A stretch of 64,000 nucleotides of DNA, taken from the NCBI GenBank assembly GCA_024704765.1, contig JAKMXF010000221.1, forward strand, positions 248,001 through 312,000. Direction: 5' to 3'. The stretch's first letter is position 1, and each line of letters opens with the position of its first letter. The stretch comes from Oopsacas minuta. Lineage: Eukaryota; Animalia; Porifera. Positions 11,994 to 23,553 of this stretch are shown piece by piece. The position numbers and the translations under genes were made by a program. The notes beneath the pieces were generated by a model. The model searched no databases, was not told the DNA's origin, and worked only from the letters and a program-made list of their open reading frames with translations.

Positions 11994-14900
11994 ATGGCTT
12001 GTAATTCAGTAGAAGATTCAGATCCAAACTCTCTACCTCACATTCTCACACTATTAACTCCATATGCTTACTATATTTCCAGCACTAAGGAGAGGAGACT
12101 GCGGATCAGTAATTTGACTGTTAAAATCTCTAACAAATCTCTCACTATTCCTCAAATTAAAGATATAATACAAATATTGTTCTATACACATATAATATAC
12201 GAGGATCGTGCTTCTCGCGTGTTAGTGCAACAAACCTTCAATCTAATCCTCTCTTCATACCAGGAGATAGCAGAATTCTTTCTTTTACAACTAGAAACTG
12301 CTTGTGATGAATCTCTATTGACATACAACTTAAAAACCAAGACTTTGTCTGGTTCATGTCTTACATTACTCAAATGGAGTTGTTTGCTACTTAGAAATGT
12401 CTCAGAGCGAATCAATGATTTTATTCCAGCAGTATTCTCATTACAGAGCGGATTGTTAATTTCTATTTTGATTTGCCATACCGAAATAGTGTTCAAATCT
12501 GCTCTGCAACTAATGGAAACGTTATGGTCATCTTTCCCAGTTATTTTGAAACTTTACGCTAAATGCATTCTTGATTTAAAAGAGTCAACTCCTCACCATC
12601 TCTTGTTTATTTCTTTGTTCTCTAGATACTGTCAAGAGAAAAAGCAAGATATTATCGTCAGTCAATTAAAACCAATTTCAATTGAATTCTACAACTACGA
12701 AATGATAAATAGGAATTTTCCCCACCCTTCAGTAAGTGACAGATGTCAACACATATTCTCTCCTCTGACAATTGAAGAGTTTGACGTATTAGTTCGTGCA
12801 GACATTCAAAAGGCTCTGCTTAGGAATCCTGAACAGTCAGTATTCCCAATAGAAGCTATGTTACGCGCAGTTCAGTTCGATATGAGCAGATTTTCATTTG
12901 AGATTATTAAAACATCTAGCAAACATTTCCTATCCCAAAATGAGGAATTACGTCAGTCATTAATTAACATGTACAGGAGTCTTATATCAAAGACACAAGA
13001 TTTCGGACAGCTGGAGGTTATCCTACATCTTCTAATGACTCTTCTAACAGGGAATGAGTTCAAGGGGGCGAATTGGAAACAACGCTGTCAGCTGATAAGT
13101 ACTCTAGAATTATTCACATTAGCACCAATTGAACCAGAATTTCTTCCAGACAAGTTACATGGATTAATAACTCATCTCATTTCTCTATCTTTCCAAGAAG
13201 TGAATGAAAATTGTAAAATACAAGCAATGCGTGTTCTCTCTAATGTTATTCTTAAGACTAAACGAATGCCATCAAATGTCAGTGATCTAACCCAGAAATT
13301 CATAGCTCTTAAAGCAACTGTGCCCCGTCTGTTGTTCTTTAATATTGTAGACAGTTCTATAGAATTTGACACGATGTATGCCTCTAGCTTGCTCTCATTT
13401 ATTCTACCGTTAGTAGATAAATCTCTATCAACACCTTTCAATATACTTGTATTGAGTGATTCTATACCCCTTTGCTCTATTCTACTTAAGTTATCAAATT
13501 TGAATATATTTCAAGAGGACAAACTTTGTAGTGTTAAGAATTTGATCCTCTCTGATCCTCTCCCCTTCTTGCAAGATAAATTCTACAAAAACGTTCCTGA
13601 AGATACTTTGATTTCTATTGTGTCTCTCTATGTTGTTATCCTCAATGATTTCTTTAACCTTTTAACTCCACAAGCATTGCACTACTGGTCTACTCTAATT
13701 ATTAAAATCTCAACTCATTCAGCACTCAGGGTGAGACAGAGAGTAACTCCCGTTATTAAATCTCTGGAAACTTCTAAACACAGAATTGATATATTTCAAG
13801 CTCTCCATCAAGCGTTATTCGATTATATTTTCAAATATCAGTACCGAAATGATACCAATTGCTGGATGATAAATCCTGATTATTTACTCCTACTCATAAA
13901 ACTTATCATTAAACCGTTTTCTCTGAATAGTGCTAGTGAATCTACAAAATCGATATTTCTAGCTTTTCATCATCCTTGTTTTATTGAGTATGGTCTGTTG
14001 TGGGTGAAGTTATTGTATAAAGCTGGAAAATTTGATTGCGAATCTTACCTTGAATCAGAATTAAATTCACTATGGGATAAGATATGTGAATTAGGAATCC
14101 ATCCAACTGGAGATATTCTAACAAAAACTCTGTTAAACACAGTCACTGAGCCTTTCCTCTCTCTTGTGCTTGATAAACTTAATGGTATATTAGTTAATAA
14201 AGATTTGTTAAATATGACTGAGAGAGATCTCAATATTTATCAGTCTCCAGCTGATGAGTTATTCGATAAATCTGTTTTACCGAAGCAGTCTATTCAGGCG
14301 AATGTAAAGAGGGAATCCAAAATGTATAGCTTTGAAGACCAAAAATGGGGAAATGAGATGGCCAAGAAGAAAGCTGACGAGTCAGTAATGAGAGTGATTA
14401 AGATTGCATCTCTGTGCGGATCAGAATCTGGTTTCACTACAAAACAGACTGAATCGATACAAAAACAAATTCAAGTAGAACAATCGATACGTTCGATCTT
14501 CACTGAAATTGAGGCCGATATCAAATTCGCCGTTAACATCTTAACAATAATAATCAATTCTCATCCTCAATCTATGACATGCTACATGTCTAAACTAATC
14601 TCGTGTTTAATTCCTCTCTTCCCTAATCCATTGGTTTCAAAATACACGATAGATTTATACTTCCTTATAAGGAATGTAGTATTTCAGAACCAGCCGGCTA
14701 TAGCTTATCTACTCTCAATCAATACGATGAGACTTATGAATCCATATCACCTCCTCCCCCAAGAATGGTACTTCCTGAAAATCAGATATTGCATAAATTT
14801 GGTTCTAGAAAAGCTCTCACAACTTAATTTATTCAATGTGAACGAAGATTTTCTTATTCATCCTTCAAGCATTGCTTATATTCTTCCTTTTGTGGAATGT

Positions 14901-17900
14901 CTCTTTTACAGATATCCTGATGTGACAGAAAATCTAGCAATGGAATTTCTACACATGTTGATGGGAGTTAATACCAGAACTGCAGTACACGTTAACATCA
15001 CAGAGCTACAGTATCTGCCTATATCTTCTCTTTTCAAACTTGTAACTCAATTGAATAAGCTAGGCAGCAAACTATGTCCTGATCATATACGTCAATTCGG
15101 TTTATCTCTTCTCGTTAGTTATTGTGAGACTATGAGTTTGACTACTCATCCTCTTTCAGATGACATATATGATACTCTTTATGAAGGATTGTTCTCTCCC
15201 AAGGAGTCAACCCGTCTGGCTGCCACTTCTTCCCTACTCGTTCTGACATCTGTCATTGATGTGACAAGAAAATCTGGACTTGTATGGAGAATATTAGTTC
15301 TCTCTCACGATTCAGATGCAGTTATCAGTGAGAAAGCTGTAACCACTTTAAAGAATCTAGAAGGAATTTCTACCTTCAAGTTTATAGATGAAATACCTGC
15401 TGATATATACAGGGTACCCTATGAACTACAGGTGTCAATGGCACAGGCTGTGATTCAAGTCCTAGAATCTACTGATTACTGTTCTATATGCGAGTTAGTT
15501 CACAAACTCTTGGATATGTATCTTGAACATTGTAGAGCTTTTGAAGTAAAGAATAAAGATGGGAAATTACAGGAAACTAGTGAAGTGAGTGAAGATACGA
15601 GATTAGCAATTGCAAGGTGTTTGACAAGCTGTAGTAAATTCCTATCTGGCGGTATCGTTGTTACGATGTGTACGATGAACTTTTCAACTGGCCTCACTGA
15701 TCCCAGTCTTAAGGTTAAGGAAGAGATGCGTACGATGGGGATCTCTCTCCTCCCACAGCTTGATACAGGACAGATCCCACAAATACTTTCTCTCCTTGAA
15801 GACCACCTCAAATCCTATCCTGAGACCAAAGAATACGACAATACTAACTCCTCATTAGTTATACTATACGCTACTCTAGCTAAATCTCTTGATCGTGATG
15901 ATCCCAAGATTATATCCATAATAACTCTACTGCTAACTTCCTTACGCACACCCAGTCAGACAATACAGGAGGCTATTGCTAATTGTCTCCCTCCTTTGAT
16001 GTCAGCAGTTAAAGGGCAAAGGGAAGAGATGATAAAAGATCTCCTCAAGACCTTACTGGATAACAGTAATTACGGTGTTAGGAGAGGTGCGGCTTACGGT
16101 TTAGCTGGTATAGTGAAGGGACTGGGTATAGTCTCACTTAAGCAGTACAATATTATCACTACACTAACTGAAGCTGTACAAGATATGAAGAATGCGAGAC
16201 ATAGGGAAAGTTCTCTTTTCGCTTTTGAGACATTTTCACTTATGTTAGGCAGACTATTTGAACCTTACGTCATCCATCTTTTGGACTACCTACTGCTAGC
16301 TTTCGGAGATAACAACCAATATGTACGACAGGCCGCACTGAGTGCTGCTCGTACTATAATGATGAAACTGAGTGGACATGGAGTAAAACAGGTTCTGCCA
16401 AAGCTCATAGAAGCTGTTGATGATGATTCTTGGCGTACCAAAGTAGGAAGCATTGAACTGCTCGGTTCAATGGCTTACTGCGTGCCTAAGCAATTATCTC
16501 AATGTCTACCTGTTGTTGTTCCTAAATTAATGGATGTGTTAGCTGATTCACACAGCAAGGTACAACTAGCTGGACAGGAAGCATTGAAACACATTGGTTC
16601 TGTTATCAAGAACCCTGAGATACAGAAAATAGTACCAATCCTCACTCTTGGACTTGTTTCACCTGACAAGCACTCTACTACATGTCTAGATACGCTAATT
16701 AACACTTCATTCGTGCATGTTATAGACCCGCCCTCATTAGCTATCATAATGCCCATCATTACAAAAGCATTCCAACAACGCTCAACTGAAACCAAGAAAA
16801 TGGCTGCTCAGATAATGAGTAGTATGTACTCCCTCACTGACACAAAGGACCTCAAGCCATATATGGACGCTGTCATTCCTGGTCTCAAAGAGACCTTGAG
16901 TGATCCTGTCCCTCAAGTGCGCCATTTAGCAGCTATTGCTATTGGCTCCATAATTAATGCACTTGATGCTGAAGGGCAACCTCTAGTCAAATGGCTACAG
17001 GATAAAACTATATCAGATTCTACTACTGTAGATCGTTCAGGAGCAGCTGAGGGATTAGCTGAGGTGTACAAGTATAGAGGCGTTCCTGCCCTGGAGGAGA
17101 CCTTACCTGCTATGGTGACAGAGATCATGAACATGTCAAACCCTCCCTACATACGTGATGGCTACTTAACATGTTTTGTATTCTTACCAAAGAGATTCGG
17201 TGAACTATTTACACCTTACTTGGGACTACTACTGCCTTGTATTCTCCAGGGATTAGCTGATGAGTGCGAGTATATAAGAGACAGTTCTATGAAGGTAGCT
17301 GAAGAGATCGTTAATTTATTCGCTAACGAAGCGCTGATACTTTTCCTGTCAGAGTTCGAGCAGGGCATGGAGGATGAGAATTGGAGAATCCGCTACTCCT
17401 CCTTACAGCTGTTAGGAGACCTCCTGTACCGTTTGGCAGGTGTGACAGGTAAAATGAGTACTGAGACAGGAGATGATGATGAAGGTCTGGGTAACCAGAG
17501 AATACAGGTTGCACTCACACAATCTCTTGGTATAGAAAAGAGAGATAGGATATTAGCTAGCATATACATATGTAGAGCAGATGTAGCCTTGTTAGTGCGA
17601 CAAGCTGCAGTACATGTATGGAAAGTATTGATTTCAAATTCAGCTCGTACTCTACGTGAAATACTGAGTGAACTGCTGAATATTCTCTTGTCTAGACTAG
17701 CATCAGCTGATGAGGATAAGAGAATATCAGGAGCAAGAACATTAGGAGATTTAGTTAGGAAGTTAGGAGAGAGAATTATTGTAGAGGTACTGCCTATTCT
17801 CCACAATAGATTAGGATCTGATGATCCTTTGGAGAGACAAGGTGTTTGTGTAGGACTCTCTGAGCTTCTGAGGTCTACATCTAGGGACCAGATGCTCACA

Positions 17901-19880
17901 CACGTAGACCCGATTATCTCTACTGTTAATTCTGCATTGTGTGACCCTGACAAGATGGTGAGAGGAGCTGGCGCTATAGCTTTCAATAGTTTGCATGCTT
18001 TATTAGGTCCTAGAGTTCTAGACTTGATTATGCAGTCTCTGTTCAGGCTGATTGAGAATCCAGATAAAAAGGACTTGGCTTATGATGGACTCAAACAGCT
18101 GTTAGCTGTTCGCAGTCAAGTTGTTCTGCCTTATATTATCCCGCGGTTGGTAGAACCTCCTATTAATTTTGCAGGAATAATTACACTTGTTGGAGCAGCC
18201 GGTGAAGCCTTGAACCCTTACTTGTCTAAACTAATTACAACTTTATCTGATACTTGTCTGAACAGTGAAAATAAAGAAAATGAAGAATTAGCTCTTGAGG
18301 GCTTAAAACATATCCTCTCGTGTGACGTAGGAGATGAAGGTACCTCTACTATACTTCTAAGCTTAAATAGTATGATTAAGAGTCAATTCCCTGAGACAAG
18401 GAAATTATCAGCTGTGCTACTGTTACACTTAATTGGGAGTAGTAATTATCAAGATATCATTGAGTTCTACGGAGATCTATTCAAAGGTATTTTCAGTCTA
18501 CTTGATGACCCAGAAGAGAAAGTATGGGATATTGCTTGGGATTGTTTGAGAGAGATTCTACTGCCTATTGATCCTAAAAATGAACAGCAAGCCCTTGACT
18601 TATCTCTTCGAGTATTCAGTGACTATGAATTGGATGTTTGTATAGCAACAAAGTCGTTAGAATCTCGTGGAAGAGAACTAGCTTCCTTCTCCAAAAGAGG
18701 TATTACTCCTCTCTTTAACGTAATGCGTCCTATCTTACAAAAAGGTTCTGTTGAGAAGAAGAAAGAAGCTGCTGAGTGTATTAAGCAGATAATTAAACTG
18801 ACAAATGCTGAAGCTATTAGTCATCAAGATATTCTCAATAGTGTAGGTGCTCTCATGAGAATACTAAGTCAACGGTTTGACGCTAGTACAATGCTATCCT
18901 CTCTAGAAGCTATTAATCTTATATTTCTTAAAGTTGACAAAGCAGCTAAGCAATTCTTTGCTCCCGTCCAGACAACATCTTTAAAACTTATTTCAGAATC
19001 TAATCTCCCTCTCAGAGAAGAAGCTATCCAATGTTTGTGCTTTTTAGCTCCTAGGAATCCCAGACCAGATTCTATCTTCAAACAGCTGATCGATGGATTC
19101 AACAGAGTGGAAGATCCCAAGATAAAGGAGAGTTTCCTGAAATGTATCAGCAGACTATGTATTTCTTGTACTTCACCGCTTCAGGCAGTTACCATCAACA
19201 ACTTGTTGAAATTCTTACTAACTATTTTCAAGAATGAAGAGGAAGTATTGAGGATACGAGCATCAGACTCTCTTGGTTCTATCATTCAACTTTTGCCGGA
19301 AACAGAATCAATGGAAATTATTCAAAGAGAATTCTTCACGCCTCTTCAAGGCCAAATTGAGTGGTATGAGATGCATGGTATCTGTCTAGCGTTAGGAGCT
19401 TGTGCTAAACACTCATTTGCTTTTCTAAAGAAAATAGGCTTCGTAAAAGAAGTTGTTGATTGTTTAGTTCAGATAACAGCAAGTGATGACCCAAGAATTA
19501 TATCCGTAACTTGTATTGAGCTAGCTGGTGTTATGGTAGAGAATAATCAACTCTTTACGAATGCTCAAAATCTATTTTTGAAACTCCTGCAACCTTCTAA
19601 CTCTACAGAAATCAAACGAATGAGTGCTGATGCTCTGGAAATATTAGGCAGGGGAGATGTTAAGATTTCATTGGAGTATTTGGCTAAGATAATCCCATTA
19701 CTTACAGAGGGAGCTAACTCTAAATATTTGCCATTGAAATCAAGTTCAGAAGAAGCTTTATCATCTCTGTTGCGTCTGAGAGAAAATGACCAGATATTCA
19801 TCGCTTTACAACAACGTATAGATCCTGCTCACCTCAAAGACTTTAATCAGATTTATAGAAAGATACAGAAACATTCTTAA
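11994..19880 (+). CDS. GCN1: GCN1, HEAT-repeat activator of GCN2
   Basis: 2628 aa uninterrupted ORF; YGVRRGAAYGLAGIVKGLG, WRTKVGSIELLGSMAYC, FVHVIDPPSLAIIMP, WRIRYSSLQLLGDLLYRLAGVTGK. Confidence 0.95.
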   Translation: MACNSVEDSDPNSLPHILTLLTPYAYYISSTKERRLRISNLTVKISNKSLTIPQIKDIIQILFYTHIIYEDRASRVLVQQTFNLILSSYQEIAEFFLLQLETACDESLLTYNLKTKTLSGSCLTLLKWSCLLLRNVSERINDFIPAVFSLQSGLLISILICHTEIVFKSALQLMETLWSSFPVILKLYAKCILDLKESTPHHLLFISLFSRYCQEKKQDIIVSQLKPISIEFYNYEMINRNFPHPSVSDRCQHIFSPLTIEEFDVLVRADIQKALLRNPEQSVFPIEAMLRAVQFDMSRFSFEIIKTSSKHFLSQNEELRQSLINMYRSLISKTQDFGQLEVILHLLMTLLTGNEFKGANWKQRCQLISTLELFTLAPIEPEFLPDKLHGLITHLISLSFQEVNENCKIQAMRVLSNVILKTKRMPSNVSDLTQKFIALKATVPRLLFFNIVDSSIEFDTMYASSLLSFILPLVDKSLSTPFNILVLSDSIPLCSILLKLSNLNIFQEDKLCSVKNLILSDPLPFLQDKFYKNVPEDTLISIVSLYVVILNDFFNLLTPQALHYWSTLIIKISTHSALRVRQRVTPVIKSLETSKHRIDIFQALHQALFDYIFKYQYRNDTNCWMINPDYLLLLIKLIIKPFSLNSASESTKSIFLAFHHPCFIEYGLLWVKLLYKAGKFDCESYLESELNSLWDKICELGIHPTGDILTKTLLNTVTEPFLSLVLDKLNGILVNKDLLNMTERDLNIYQSPADELFDKSVLPKQSIQANVKRESKMYSFEDQKWGNEMAKKKADESVMRVIKIASLCGSESGFTTKQTESIQKQIQVEQSIRSIFTEIEADIKFAVNILTIIINSHPQSMTCYMSKLISCLIPLFPNPLVSKYTIDLYFLIRNVVFQNQPAIAYLLSINTMRLMNPYHLLPQEWYFLKIRYCINLVLEKLSQLNLFNVNEDFLIHPSSIAYILPFVECLFYRYPDVTENLAMEFLHMLMGVNTRTAVHVNITELQYLPISSLFKLVTQLNKLGSKLCPDHIRQFGLSLLVSYCETMSLTTHPLSDDIYDTLYEGLFSPKESTRLAATSSLLVLTSVIDVTRKSGLVWRILVLSHDSDAVISEKAVTTLKNLEGISTFKFIDEIPADIYRVPYELQVSMAQAVIQVLESTDYCSICELVHKLLDMYLEHCRAFEVKNKDGKLQETSEVSEDTRLAIARCLTSCSKFLSGGIVVTMCTMNFSTGLTDPSLKVKEEMRTMGISLLPQLDTGQIPQILSLLEDHLKSYPETKEYDNTNSSLVILYATLAKSLDRDDPKIISIITLLLTSLRTPSQTIQEAIANCLPPLMSAVKGQREEMIKDLLKTLLDNSNYGVRRGAAYGLAGIVKGLGIVSLKQYNIITTLTEAVQDMKNARHRESSLFAFETFSLMLGRLFEPYVIHLLDYLLLAFGDNNQYVRQAALSAARTIMMKLSGHGVKQVLPKLIEAVDDDSWRTKVGSIELLGSMAYCVPKQLSQCLPVVVPKLMDVLADSHSKVQLAGQEALKHIGSVIKNPEIQKIVPILTLGLVSPDKHSTTCLDTLINTSFVHVIDPPSLAIIMPIITKAFQQRSTETKKMAAQIMSSMYSLTDTKDLKPYMDAVIPGLKETLSDPVPQVRHLAAIAIGSIINALDAEGQPLVKWLQDKTISDSTTVDRSGAAEGLAEVYKYRGVPALEETLPAMVTEIMNMSNPPYIRDGYLTCFVFLPKRFGELFTPYLGLLLPCILQGLADECEYIRDSSMKVAEEIVNLFANEALILFLSEFEQGMEDENWRIRYSSLQLLGDLLYRLAGVTGKMSTETGDDDEGLGNQRIQVALTQSLGIEKRDRILASIYICRADVALLVRQAAVHVWKVLISNSARTLREILSELLNILLSRLASADEDKRISGARTLGDLVRKLGERIIVEVLPILHNRLGSDDPLERQGVCVGLSELLRSTSRDQMLTHVDPIISTVNSALCDPDKMVRGAGAIAFNSLHALLGPRVLDLIMQSLFRLIENPDKKDLAYDGLKQLLAVRSQVVLPYIIPRLVEPPINFAGIITLVGAAGEALNPYLSKLITTLSDTCLNSENKENEELALEGLKHILSCDVGDEGTSTILLSLNSMIKSQFPETRKLSAVLLLHLIGSSNYQDIIEFYGDLFKGIFSLLDDPEEKVWDIAWDCLREILLPIDPKNEQQALDLSLRVFSDYELDVCIATKSLESRGRELASFSKRGITPLFNVMRPILQKGSVEKKKEAAECIKQIIKLTNAEAISHQDILNSVGALMRILSQRFDASTMLSSLEAINLIFLKVDKAAKQFFAPVQTTSLKLISESNLPLREEAIQCLCFLAPRNPRPDSIFKQLIDGFNRVEDPKIKESFLKCISRLCISCTSPLQAVTINNLLKFLLTIFKNEEEVLRIRASDSLGSIIQLLPETESMEIIQREFFTPLQGQIEWYEMHGICLALGACAKHSFAFLKKIGFVKEVVDCLVQITASDDPRIISVTCIELAGVMVENNQLFTNAQNLFLKLLQPSNSTEIKRMSADALEILGRGDVKISLEYLAKIIPLLTEGANSKYLPLKSSSEEALSSLLRLRENDQIFIALQQRIDPAHLKDFNQIYRKIQKHS

Positions 19881-20146
19881 CTTCTACAATTACAAAGGTA
19901 TTTTAGCTATTATGCACAAGTTCTTTATTATTAGTTTTACGTGATTTAATATCTGTTTGTATAGTCTATGTTTTGAACCGATTTATTAGATTTCTAGTGT
20001 GTGATTTCTTTTTTTCTAGAAATTAGTTAATCTTTCCAATACATTCATCATTGACTTTTGATAATTTAAGCCCCTACGTGCAATCAACTGACTATGACCG
20101 TAATGTTATTATAACAAATCATATTACATAATTAGCTTACTATATC

Positions 20147-20398
20147 ATGAGTTCTAACACTCTCGCAGAGACTAGAATAAAGGATGTTGGACAATGGTGC
20201 GGCAAGCATATCGCATCTCCAAGTAAAATAGTCAATACTGTGAAACGTGGATACAACAGCTATTTACGCTTGTATGTGCTGCCAAGATATGCTGGACCTA
20301 ACTTTTGGTTTCACACAATGTTGCTATTAGTCGTTACTGGCTATATGATTGATTACAGCCACTTGAAGAAGCATGACATGCAACGCAAATATCACTAG
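20147..20398 (+). CDS. ATP5MF: Mitochondrial ATP synthase membrane subunit f
   Basis: 83 aa; KRGYNSY, one TM segment, and C-terminal YSHLKKHDMQRKYH resembling metazoan subunit f. Confidence 0.82.
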   Translation: MSSNTLAETRIKDVGQWCGKHIASPSKIVNTVKRGYNSYLRLYVLPRYAGPNFWFHTMLLLVVTGYMIDYSHLKKHDMQRKYH

Positions 20399-20657
20399 TA
20401 TATTAGTTGGAAACCGTTATTATCATATAGCTTATAACTTGTATCTTTCAGTATAGTCTCGTGATGTGTATTCAAATGCGTAATGAATGTACTGTGATAA
20501 TAAGTCCTAATTAAGTACGAAAATATTACCTTGTAAATGTTCTAATTATAGCGATTATTCGTCAAAATAATATTAATTTCAGTTTAAGAAGTTAGTATAT
20601 AAGGTATCCAATTCTTGATAACTATATTATAGAGCCTAATATTATCTAAGCAGAGAA

Positions 20658-21335
20658 ATGAATCGACTGTTTGGTTCCTCTTCAATCCAGGGAGGTGGTT
20701 CCTCTAAAGGAAAGCCCAAACCTAATCTCACAGACGCGATCTCTAGTGTAGACGGACGTGGAGAGAGTATCGAGAAGAAGATAGCTAAACTCGACCAAGA
20801 ATTAGCTAGATACAAGGACCAGATGTCTAAGATGAAGAATGGGTCTTCTAAGAACATGGTGAAACAACGAGCTCTCAAGGTCCTCAAACAGAAGAAGCTG
20901 TATGAGAACCAGTTAGAAGGACTACGTTCTCAAAGCTTCAATATGGAACAATCAAACTTTGCCATTCAGACCATGAAGGATACCAAGACTACTGTTGACG
21001 CAATGAAAGCAGGAGTAAAAGAGATGAAGAAGGAGTACAAGAAGATAAACATTTCTAAGATAGAAGATGTACAGGATGATATGGAGGATATGTTGGAGCT
21101 TGCTAATGAAGTGCAAGATACTCTGGGACGTTCCTATGGACTGGGAGATGATATTGATGAAGCGGATCTGGAAGCAGAGCTTGATGCTTTGGGGGATGAA
21201 TTTGCCCTTGACGATGACAGTTCTTATTTGGATGCTGCAGCTGCACCAGACCCTCCTTCAGGGGTGCCAGAGAGTAGCAGGGTGAGAGATGGGGTAGCAG
21301 TAGATGAGTTTGGTCTCCCTCAGATTCCTAATTAA
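20658..21335 (+). CDS. CHMP5: ESCRT-III associated protein CHMP5/Vps60
   Basis: 225 aa; MNRLFG...[58 protein letters not shown]. Confidence 0.95.
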   Translation: MNRLFGSSSIQGGGSSKGKPKPNLTDAISSVDGRGESIEKKIAKLDQELARYKDQMSKMKNGSSKNMVKQRALKVLKQKKLYENQLEGLRSQSFNMEQSNFAIQTMKDTKTTVDAMKAGVKEMKKEYKKINISKIEDVQDDMEDMLELANEVQDTLGRSYGLGDDIDEADLEAELDALGDEFALDDDSSYLDAAAAPDPPSGVPESSRVRDGVAVDEFGLPQIPN

Positions 21336-21508
21336 TCAGTGTTCTATTCTGAAGATGAATAAATGTCTTATTTAGTATTATAACGGATTTTGAGCCTGAC
21401 TCTTTTCCTTTACAGATACATATTGTAATATTTGCTGCAATAAACTATTTACATTAATAATATCTATAATTCTTATCCTAATACATTATACAAATATTTT
21501 GTCAAAGC

Positions 21509-22660
21509 ATGTCGTTCCGCGAAATGAGACAATTCCGCGAGATGATGACAACACTAGGTTATCCACACTTGGTCTCTATGAAGAGTTTCCGACAGCCAAA
21601 CTTCTCACTAGTTGCTGAAATGTTAAAGTGGCTCGTGTTAAGATACGAGCCATCTGCAATTCTACCATTTGATATAGACACAGAGCAAGATAGGTTGATA
21701 TTCATAAAATCCGTGGTCCAGTATCTAGCAGAACGTGCTAACATAAAACTGAATCCTCGTAGACTCTACAGTGCAGACGGATATGCTGTAAAGGAACTAC
21801 TCAAAATAGCATCTCTACTCTACAAAGCTCTAAGAATTAAATTTGATAAGGATGAGGTAGAGAGTGAAATCTTGCAGGATTTTAGTCTCAAGCTGTCAGA
21901 TCTGAAGACTTGTAGACAGCTGGCTAATGATATAACAAGTAAAGGAGCTGTGCTCTATGATTTATTGGGACAAGAAATGGAGTTGAGAGATCACAGGAAG
22001 AAAGCACTAGCTAATGCATTTGATATGAGTGATATTGAGCAGTCAGTTCATGAAGCTATTCGTGCTTCTGAAGAAGAGATTTCAGAAATGTTATCCAGAC
22101 TTGAGAATGCAGCAAGTGATAATTCTAACCTCCAAGGAAAGATTGAGAAGAAACAGGGAGAGTTGGATAGGAGTGAAAAGCGACTAAAGAGTCTACAGAG
22201 TGTCCGTCCTGCCTACATGGACGAGTTTGAGCGTCTTGAGTCTGATATGAAACAACAGTACGATATGTATGTCGAGAAGTTCCGCAATATGACATACCTG
22301 GAGCAGCAATGGGAAGAGTGGAACAGAGGAGAACAAGATAAGTTAGAAGAGAGTCAGAACTCTCTACGACAAATGCAGCAACAAATTAGATTAGAAGAAC
22401 AACGTAGAATACAAGATATACATACAGATGATGTTTTGAATGATAACTCAGGAGGAGAGAATCTGAGTGATGAAGATGAAGAGGTTGGAGCAATGGGGAT
22501 AGAGATAGGAGAGGAGAGGCGGTATCTAGGGGCCATGAACCCTCAGGGATTAGACAGTGATGAGTCATTGACCTCATCCTATGATGGAGAAGAGGATAGA
22601 GATATTGGAAATGGTTCTAGACTAAGTGATGCAGGTGGAAGCTCTGATGATGATTTCTGA
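21509..22660 (+). CDS. CLUAP1: Clusterin-associated protein 1 / IFT38
   Basis: 383 aa; MSFREMRQFREMMTTLGYPHLVSMKSFRQPNF, LYSADGYAVKELLK, LQSVRPAYMDEFE, acidic tail. Confidence 0.93.
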   Translation: MSFREMRQFREMMTTLGYPHLVSMKSFRQPNFSLVAEMLKWLVLRYEPSAILPFDIDTEQDRLIFIKSVVQYLAERANIKLNPRRLYSADGYAVKELLKIASLLYKALRIKFDKDEVESEILQDFSLKLSDLKTCRQLANDITSKGAVLYDLLGQEMELRDHRKKALANAFDMSDIEQSVHEAIRASEEEISEMLSRLENAASDNSNLQGKIEKKQGELDRSEKRLKSLQSVRPAYMDEFERLESDMKQQYDMYVEKFRNMTYLEQQWEEWNRGEQDKLEESQNSLRQMQQQIRLEEQRRIQDIHTDDVLNDNSGGENLSDEDEEVGAMGIEIGEERRYLGAMNPQGLDSDESLTSSYDGEEDRDIGNGSRLSDAGGSSDDDF

Positions 22661-22855
22661 CAAATGTATACGAATCTAATATTATTACTAATACGTACTC
22701 TGGGATTTAGCTATTGTAACGAGCCATGTAATCACTTAACACATTGTTTAATAGTCTCTGGGATAAGTTATAACTATTCCCCTGTAACGAAATAGTATAA
22801 ATAGAAAGATTTTTAATATGAAATGCCTGCTTACATCAATATGTAGTCAATTGTT

Positions 22856-23281
22856 TCAATCTTTGCTAGTTTCATTCCCTGAAGATTCCATTTCCTCAAA
22901 TCCAGGTTTGTTCGGATTCAACACACCGTATTGGTGGTTTAGAACTGTCTTAGGGAAATTCCTGTCAATAGATTTAAATATTGGAGATATTATTTGATTC
23001 ATTCTAACACTGAATTCAGGAATATTCCTAACATCAAGATACCAACATACAGCTCCTCCTATCAATCCTGCTCCAGACAATGTTAACAGGGTAGCCCATT
23101 TGAGAGCACGTAGTGCAAATTTTGTTGGAGGCTCGTATTCGGGAGAAACTATCTGTTCTTCTGGTTTCTTTGCTACTACAAATCCACCAAATAACGCCAC
23201 TGAAGTACCTACGAGTAAAAATATTCCTAATCCTCTACCTCCTTTCTTTTCAGGAGAGACAGCCTCATCTTTATCATCCAT
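22856..23281 (-). CDS. TMEM242: TMEM242 (DUF1358), ATP synthase c-ring assembly factor
   Basis: 141 aa; two hydrophobic segments, with GIFL...VAKK and FALRALKWATL resembling the family motif LALRALGWGSL. Confidence 0.78.
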   Translation of the reverse strand: MDDKDEAVSPEKKGGRGLGIFLLVGTSVALFGGFVVAKKPEEQIVSPEYEPPTKFALRALKWATLLTLSGAGLIGGAVCWYLDVRNIPEFSVRMNQIISPIFKSIDRNFPKTVLNHQYGVLNPNKPGFEEMESSGNETSKD

Positions 23282-23553
23282 TCTTTAGTTACGTCAGATA
23301 TCAGCTAGTTCGTTAAGTGAGAAAGGTTGTATGAGGTATGTAGTTTAAGCATTAACAAGTCTACTGTATCATGATATGATAAATGTTTTCACTTACAACA
23401 ATACAACAGACGCACGGCCACATTCTCCTATTTTTAGCCACATTTAACTCTTATGTCATAATTATATTTGTATTTCTAATAATAGAAATCTAATTAACTA
23501 CTATTCATATAAAAGACTATCATTTTATTAATGAATAATCAATCACAAAAAGA
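23282..23553. promoter_or_regulatory. Probable bidirectional promoter between divergent TMEM242 and the VWA gene
   Basis: 272 nt AT-rich head-to-head spacer; inferred from geometry only. Confidence 0.45.
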
